A DNA stretch of 64,000 nucleotides, taken from assembly GCA_018920185.1 (NCBI GenBank), contig JAHLMT010000001.1, positions 9,875-73,874 on the forward strand. The letters are read 5' to 3'. This stretch comes from Candidatus Aenigmatarchaeota archaeon (GTDB lineage: Archaea; Aenigmatarchaeota; Aenigmatarchaeia; CG10238-14; SCSR01). The notes below the pieces were generated by a model. That model was not told the DNA's origin, ran no database searches, and saw only the letters and a program-made list of their open reading frames with translations. Made by a program: the position numbers and the translations under genes. Numbering within the stretch: position 1 is the stretch's first letter; each line of letters starts with the position of its first letter. This document shows, in pieces, positions 59,420-64,000 of the stretch.

Positions 59420-61132
59420 ATGTATTTTATGGAGTATTCTATACTTGTCGATAGATACGAGAAGTTGGAATCTGTATCTTCTAAGTTAGCTAAGACAAAT
59501 ATCATTGCACAATTCTTGAAAGAGGTACCTACTAATGAATTATCAAAGATTGTTCTTTTGCTACAAGGAAGAGTCTTCCCTTCTTATTCAGAATATGAGC
59601 TAGGTATAGCAACACAAATGATGATCAAAGCAATATCGAAGGCTACAGGATTATCTACATCCCAAGTTGAAGAAAGATTAAAGAAAACTGGTGATTTGGG
59701 GTTGACAGCTGAACAATGTGTACAATCAAGAAAACAAGTTAGTTTATTAAAAAAGAAATTAACAGTAGATCATGTTTTTGAAAATTTACAGAAATTGGCA
59801 ACAATTACAGGTGAGGGGTCTCAAGATAAAAAATTGAATTTGATATCAGAACTGATAATTTCAGCACAACCAAAAGAAGCAAGGTATATTGTTAGAACTA
59901 TTCTAGGTGAATTGCGCGTAGGTGCGGCAGAAGGAATTATTAGGGACGCGATAGTTAATGCTTTCCTAGTTGATGAGAAATCAACAAAAGAAGAAAAAGA
60001 AAAAGCTACTGAAATTGTAGAGAACGCATGGAGTTTACTTAATGATTATGGTGAAGTTGCTGAACTTGCAAAAGAAAAAGGAATTAAAGGATTAAAAAAA
60101 GTTGGTATCCAACTTGGTAAACCCATACAAGTAATGCTTGGCATAGCGGCAGAGAAAATCGAAGATGTTGTAAAAGAATTCGGCGAAGTAATAGCTGAAT
60201 ACAAGTACGATGGTATGAGAGTTGTGATTGAAAAGAAGGGAGGACAATTCTGGCTATTTACACGACGTCAGGAGGATGTGACAAAACAATTCCCTGATAT
60301 AGTTGAGCTTGCTAAAAAAGGTTTAAAAGCTGAAGAATGTATCGTTGAAGGTGAAGCAATTGGAATAGATACAAAAACAGGATACCCATTACCTTTTCAA
60401 ATTTTAAGTCAGAGAGTTCACAGGAAATACGGTATTGAGAAAATGGTTAAAGAAATCCCAGTTCAAGTAAATCTTTTCGACATACTATATGCTAACGGTA
60501 AATCGTTATTTAATAAACCATTGAAAGAAAGAAGAAAGGAACTTGAAAAGATACTTAATCCAATAAAAGGTAAATTCCAATTAGCTAAATACATAATTAC
60601 AAATGATGTCAAGAAATTAGAACAGTTCTACGAGGAAGCTCTAAAAGAACGACAGGAAGGATTGATGTTGAAAGTTCCTGATTCCGTTTATACTTTTGGA
60701 AGGCATGTTGGAACGATGTATAAAATCAAACCTATGATGGAAACTCTTGATCTTGCAATAGTTGGTGCTACATGGGGTGAGGGTGCTAGAGCTCGATTGC
60801 TGACAAGCTATATTTTAGCATGCAAAGATCCGGATACAGGAAAACTGTTAGAATGCGGCATGGTATCAACTGGATTAACTGAGGAGCAGTATATAGAGCT
60901 AACAAAATTACTTAAACCTTTAATCATAAAAGAAGAAGGAAGGACAGTATTTGTAAAGCCAAAAATCATAATTGAGGTCGGATATCAGGAAATACAAAAG
61001 TCACCTAATTACTCATCTGGAATGGCGCTTCGTTTTCCACGATATATTCGCAATCGTACCGCTGATAAATCAGAACCGGATACCTTAGACAGAGTTAAAT
61101 CACTTTTCAAATCTCAAGGTAAAGCTGGGTAG
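59420..61132 (+). CDS. lig: ATP-dependent DNA ligase
   Basis: EYKYDGMR, EGE, EGLMLK, LRFPR. Confidence 0.96.
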   Translation: MYFMEYSILVDRYEKLESVSSKLAKTNIIAQFLKEVPTNELSKIVLLLQGRVFPSYSEYELGIATQMMIKAISKATGLSTSQVEERLKKTGDLGLTAEQCVQSRKQVSLLKKKLTVDHVFENLQKLATITGEGSQDKKLNLISELIISAQPKEARYIVRTILGELRVGAAEGIIRDAIVNAFLVDEKSTKEEKEKATEIVENAWSLLNDYGEVAELAKEKGIKGLKKVGIQLGKPIQVMLGIAAEKIEDVVKEFGEVIAEYKYDGMRVVIEKKGGQFWLFTRRQEDVTKQFPDIVELAKKGLKAEECIVEGEAIGIDTKTGYPLPFQILSQRVHRKYGIEKMVKEIPVQVNLFDILYANGKSLFNKPLKERRKELEKILNPIKGKFQLAKYIITNDVKKLEQFYEEALKERQEGLMLKVPDSVYTFGRHVGTMYKIKPMMETLDLAIVGATWGEGARARLLTSYILACKDPDTGKLLECGMVSTGLTEEQYIELTKLLKPLIIKEEGRTVFVKPKIIIEVGYQEIQKSPNYSSGMALRFPRYIRNRTADKSEPDTLDRVKSLFKSQGKAG

Positions 61133-61246
61133 TTTTGAAAACCCGAGATTTGGAATTTATATATTCTTAAGTTTTCTCAATTGTTATCTTAGAGTAACAA
61201 TAACGTTTATAAATATGTAATTTAGATTTTATTTAAACGTGAGAAA

Positions 61247-62065
61247 ATGGCATTAGTTTCTCAAAAAGTAATGGATGCACTGAAAGGAATAGGTTTGAAT
61301 CTCTATGAACGAAAACTTTGGGTAGCTTTACTAGCAAGAGGCACGTCTACTGCAGGCGAATTATCAGAAATAGCTAATGTCCCACGATCAAGAAGTTATG
61401 ATGTTTTGCAGAGCTTAGCCGAAAAAGGATTTGTTGTCGTCCAAACAGCCAAACCATTGAGATATGTTGCAATACCTCCTGTTGAAGCATTAGACAGGGC
61501 TAAGAAGAAAATTGAAGAAGATATGAAAACAACTCTAGAAAGAATAGAAGATTTAAAATCGTCACCTTTAACAAAAGAATTAACTTCTATTTACACTCAA
61601 GGCTTAAACACGATTGCACCAGAAGAAATAACTGGAGCATTAAAAGGTAAATATTCTGTAATTCAACAGATGTCATCAATGTTCAAGAATGCTACAAAAA
61701 GAATTAACGTAGTTACTACACCAGAAGGGTTGGATGATTTGTTTGAAAACCATTATAATGATTTGAAACGTGCAGTTGAGCGTGGTGTGAAAATACAGAT
61801 AGCTGTCACTGGTTTGGAGAAATCTACAGAAGCCGTTAAAAACTTGAACAGTATAGCTGAGATAAGAGTGTTGAATAGCAAAGAGCTCCCAATAACTGGG
61901 AGATTTGCAATTGTTGACGGTAAAGAGATTGTTTTCTCATTAACAGATCATAAAGTTCATGAGACGCAACATATGGCATTCTGGAGCAAGAGTGAGCATG
62001 CTGCAACGAGTTTGTTAGAACCTTTGTTTAAAGTTGTGTGGGGCAATTCTAAAGCTGTGAATTAG
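61247..62065 (+). CDS. TrmB family transcriptional regulator/chromatin protein
   Basis: GLNLYE, VPRSRSYDVL.SL.EKGF. Confidence 0.9.
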   Translation: MALVSQKVMDALKGIGLNLYERKLWVALLARGTSTAGELSEIANVPRSRSYDVLQSLAEKGFVVVQTAKPLRYVAIPPVEALDRAKKKIEEDMKTTLERIEDLKSSPLTKELTSIYTQGLNTIAPEEITGALKGKYSVIQQMSSMFKNATKRINVVTTPEGLDDLFENHYNDLKRAVERGVKIQIAVTGLEKSTEAVKNLNSIAEIRVLNSKELPITGRFAIVDGKEIVFSLTDHKVHETQHMAFWSKSEHAATSLLEPLFKVVWGNSKAVN

Positions 62066-62066
62066 T

Positions 62067-63746
62067 TTATTTAAATTGTTTTATTTCTTCATTTAATTGT
62101 TTTATAAAATCTTCTAATTTTATATTATAGTTTACTATGCCGTCTCTTGTTCTAATTGTAACAGTTCTATTTTCTTCTTCCTTTTTTCCAACAATCAACA
62201 TATAAGGAATTTTCTGTAGCTGAGCATTTCTTATTTTATATTCAAGAGTTGCATTCTCGCTGTCAAGTTCAACTCGTATATTATTTTCTTTCAACCTTTT
62301 CACAATTTCTTCAGCATATTCCACATTCTCATCAGATATTGATAAAATTCTAACTTGTATAGGAGATAGCCAGAGAGGGAATTTACCTTGATAGTGTTCG
62401 ACAAGAATACCGATAAATCTTTCTAAACTTCCGTATATTGCACGATGAATTATTACAGGTCTATGCGGCTTTCCTCTTTCGTCTATGTAATTAATATCAA
62501 ACCTTTCTGGCATTTGAAAATCTATTTGGACTGTAGCTAATTGCCACTTCCTATCTAGAGAGTCTTTTATATGAAAATCTATTTTCGGTCCGTAAAATGC
62601 ACCTTCGCCAGGATTAATTTTAAATTCAATTTCCCTCTTTTTTAAAGCTTCTTTTAGTGCAGATTCGGCTCTATCCCAGATCTCTAGTTCACCCATATAG
62701 TTTTCAGGTCTTGTTGATAACTCGACAGTATAGGGAAAGCTGAAAGTTTTGTAGAAATAATCCACCAAATTAATCACATTTAATAATTCTTCTTCTAACT
62801 GTTCTGGAGTAACAAAAATATGCGCGTCATCTTGTGTCAGAGCTCTAACACGAAGCAAACCGGATAAAACACCACTCAATTCATTTCTATGAACTAAACC
62901 AAATTCAGCCAATCTCATTGGTAAATCTTTGTAGCTTCGTGTTTTAGTTTTAAAAATTAAAATAGCTCCTGGACAATTCATAGGTTTAATGGCAAATTCC
63001 CTACCCTCTAGTTCTGTGAAAAACATCAGATCTTTGTAATGCTCAGCATGTCCACTAATTTCCCACAGAGTTTTATCCAAAAGTAAAGGAGTGCTGACTT
63101 CCTGATAGCCACGTTCAAGTTGAACTTTTCTGGAGAATTCTTCTAATATGTTTCTTAGAATCATTCCTTTGTGATGAAAGAAAACCATTCCTGGTCCAAC
63201 TTCATGAAAGCTGTATAAATCTAATTGTTGTCCGATAATTCTATGATCGTGCTCGCTTAATTTTTCTTTTTCTAAAACCGGCCTTTTACCTAAACGCTTA
63301 GTGATTTCTTTCACATCAATTTTTTCCCCTTCAGCTTCTGGTGTGTATATCTTTGCAGTTTCAGCTAAAGGATGACCTTTAATTTTCAGACTGTATTGTT
63401 TTGTCCATCCGAAAGGTGCTCTATACGTTTGTATGCCTAGATTTTTTGTCTGCCTTTCCAATTCTTTTATTATTTCCAGAGCATCAGAAGGATTGGCCAA
63501 ATCTCTACTTAAATGAGCAAAGGGATATATCAAAACTTCGTTTATTTTTAATTTCTCCAGATATTGTTTCAGGTCTTTAACAACTCTTTTAACCATTTCC
63601 TTATTATCATTTTTTTCCACACATGTGAACAGAACTACAATATTTTCGAATCTTGTTAATTTTTTTTCTGTAGGTTCAGCAAGTTCAATTTCTTTCTCTA
63701 TTGGTTGGTATTCAATGAATTCGGCATGATGTTGTAAAATCCTCAT
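62067..63746 (-). CDS. thrS: Threonyl-tRNA synthetase
   Basis: YPFAHLS/RAPFGW.K editing domain; KPMNCP, HRNELSG, AFYGPKID, HRAIYGSLER. Confidence 0.96.
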   Translation of the reverse strand: MRILQHHAEFIEYQPIEKEIELAEPTEKKLTRFENIVVLFTCVEKNDNKEMVKRVVKDLKQYLEKLKINEVLIYPFAHLSRDLANPSDALEIIKELERQTKNLGIQTYRAPFGWTKQYSLKIKGHPLAETAKIYTPEAEGEKIDVKEITKRLGKRPVLEKEKLSEHDHRIIGQQLDLYSFHEVGPGMVFFHHKGMILRNILEEFSRKVQLERGYQEVSTPLLLDKTLWEISGHAEHYKDLMFFTELEGREFAIKPMNCPGAILIFKTKTRSYKDLPMRLAEFGLVHRNELSGVLSGLLRVRALTQDDAHIFVTPEQLEEELLNVINLVDYFYKTFSFPYTVELSTRPENYMGELEIWDRAESALKEALKKREIEFKINPGEGAFYGPKIDFHIKDSLDRKWQLATVQIDFQMPERFDINYIDERGKPHRPVIIHRAIYGSLERFIGILVEHYQGKFPLWLSPIQVRILSISDENVEYAEEIVKRLKENNIRVELDSENATLEYKIRNAQLQKIPYMLIVGKKEEENRTVTIRTRDGIVNYNIKLEDFIKQLNEEIKQFK

Positions 63747-64000
63747 GTTATCGTTTCTTCTTTTTTCAATCCTAATAATTTTGTTATATTTATTTTATGT
63801 CTTACTTTTGGGTGTTCATAAAAATAAAAAGCTCTAACTAATCTTGCTGATACGCCAAGAAACCTAAAAAGTTCGGCAAACCTTGCTATTCTGGTTTCAT
63901 TCACAAGAGTTATTACGTACCTACCTAGAATTACAGTTGTCCCAGAAGATAGCGTTGAGATACGATAAAATCTCTCGATTAATCTAAAAACTAGGAAAAA
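63743..64000 (-). CDS. 3' end of a hypothetical gene running off the window
   Basis: 86 open codons ending in a TGA that overlaps the thrS ATG. Confidence 0.5.
   Translation of the reverse strand, partial: FFLVFRLIERFYRISTLSSGTTVILGRYVITLVNETRIARFAELFRFLGVSARLVRAFYFYEHPKVRHKINITKLLGLKKEETIT

Noticed and set aside
1-64000. Genome-wide UGA reassignment, suggested by in-frame TGAs at 13558, 18608, 22401 and 37793
   Set aside because: Conserved genes (rps13, rps11, secE, rpoB'') end at TGA at their expected C-termini, and Trp is encoded by TGG elsewhere.

Overview
AT-rich archaeal chromosome segment, most likely DPANN. Aenigmarchaeota-like is my inference from protein style and gene order. It is mostly informational core: Kae1, Hel308, TrmI, Nop5/fibrillarin, uL1-uL10-P1, uS13-uS4-uS11-RpoD, FtsZ-SecE-Spt5-uL11, L7Ae-S28e-L24e, GluRS, the rpoH-B''-B'-A'-A''-L30e-nusA-S12-S7-EF2-EF1a-S10 cluster, DNA ligase and ThrRS. 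Features absent from the ORF track and read by hand: five tRNA genes, all intron-containing (10 introns in total), and a 5S rRNA. Highlights: (1) a tRNA-Asp(GUC) split by five bulge-helix-bulge introns, with a 5' leader that completes the first splice motif and carries a duplicate acceptor strand; (2) a 1.2-kb att-flanked mini-island in tRNA-Leu with an HNH nuclease bracketed by two basic K/R-K/R-V/I-S/T-F-x-A repeat micropeptides; (3) repeated apparent ATA/ACG initiation after Shine-Dalgarno motifs, including rpoH and rpoB'; (4) uL11 lacking its N-terminal domain; (5) an accessory zone at about 30.5-38.2 kb with an integrase, a Cas4-like gene, an internally deleted metK, a vapBC pair, a microsatellite-bearing gene and decayed higher-GC cargo. 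All parsing was by eye and no databases were searched.
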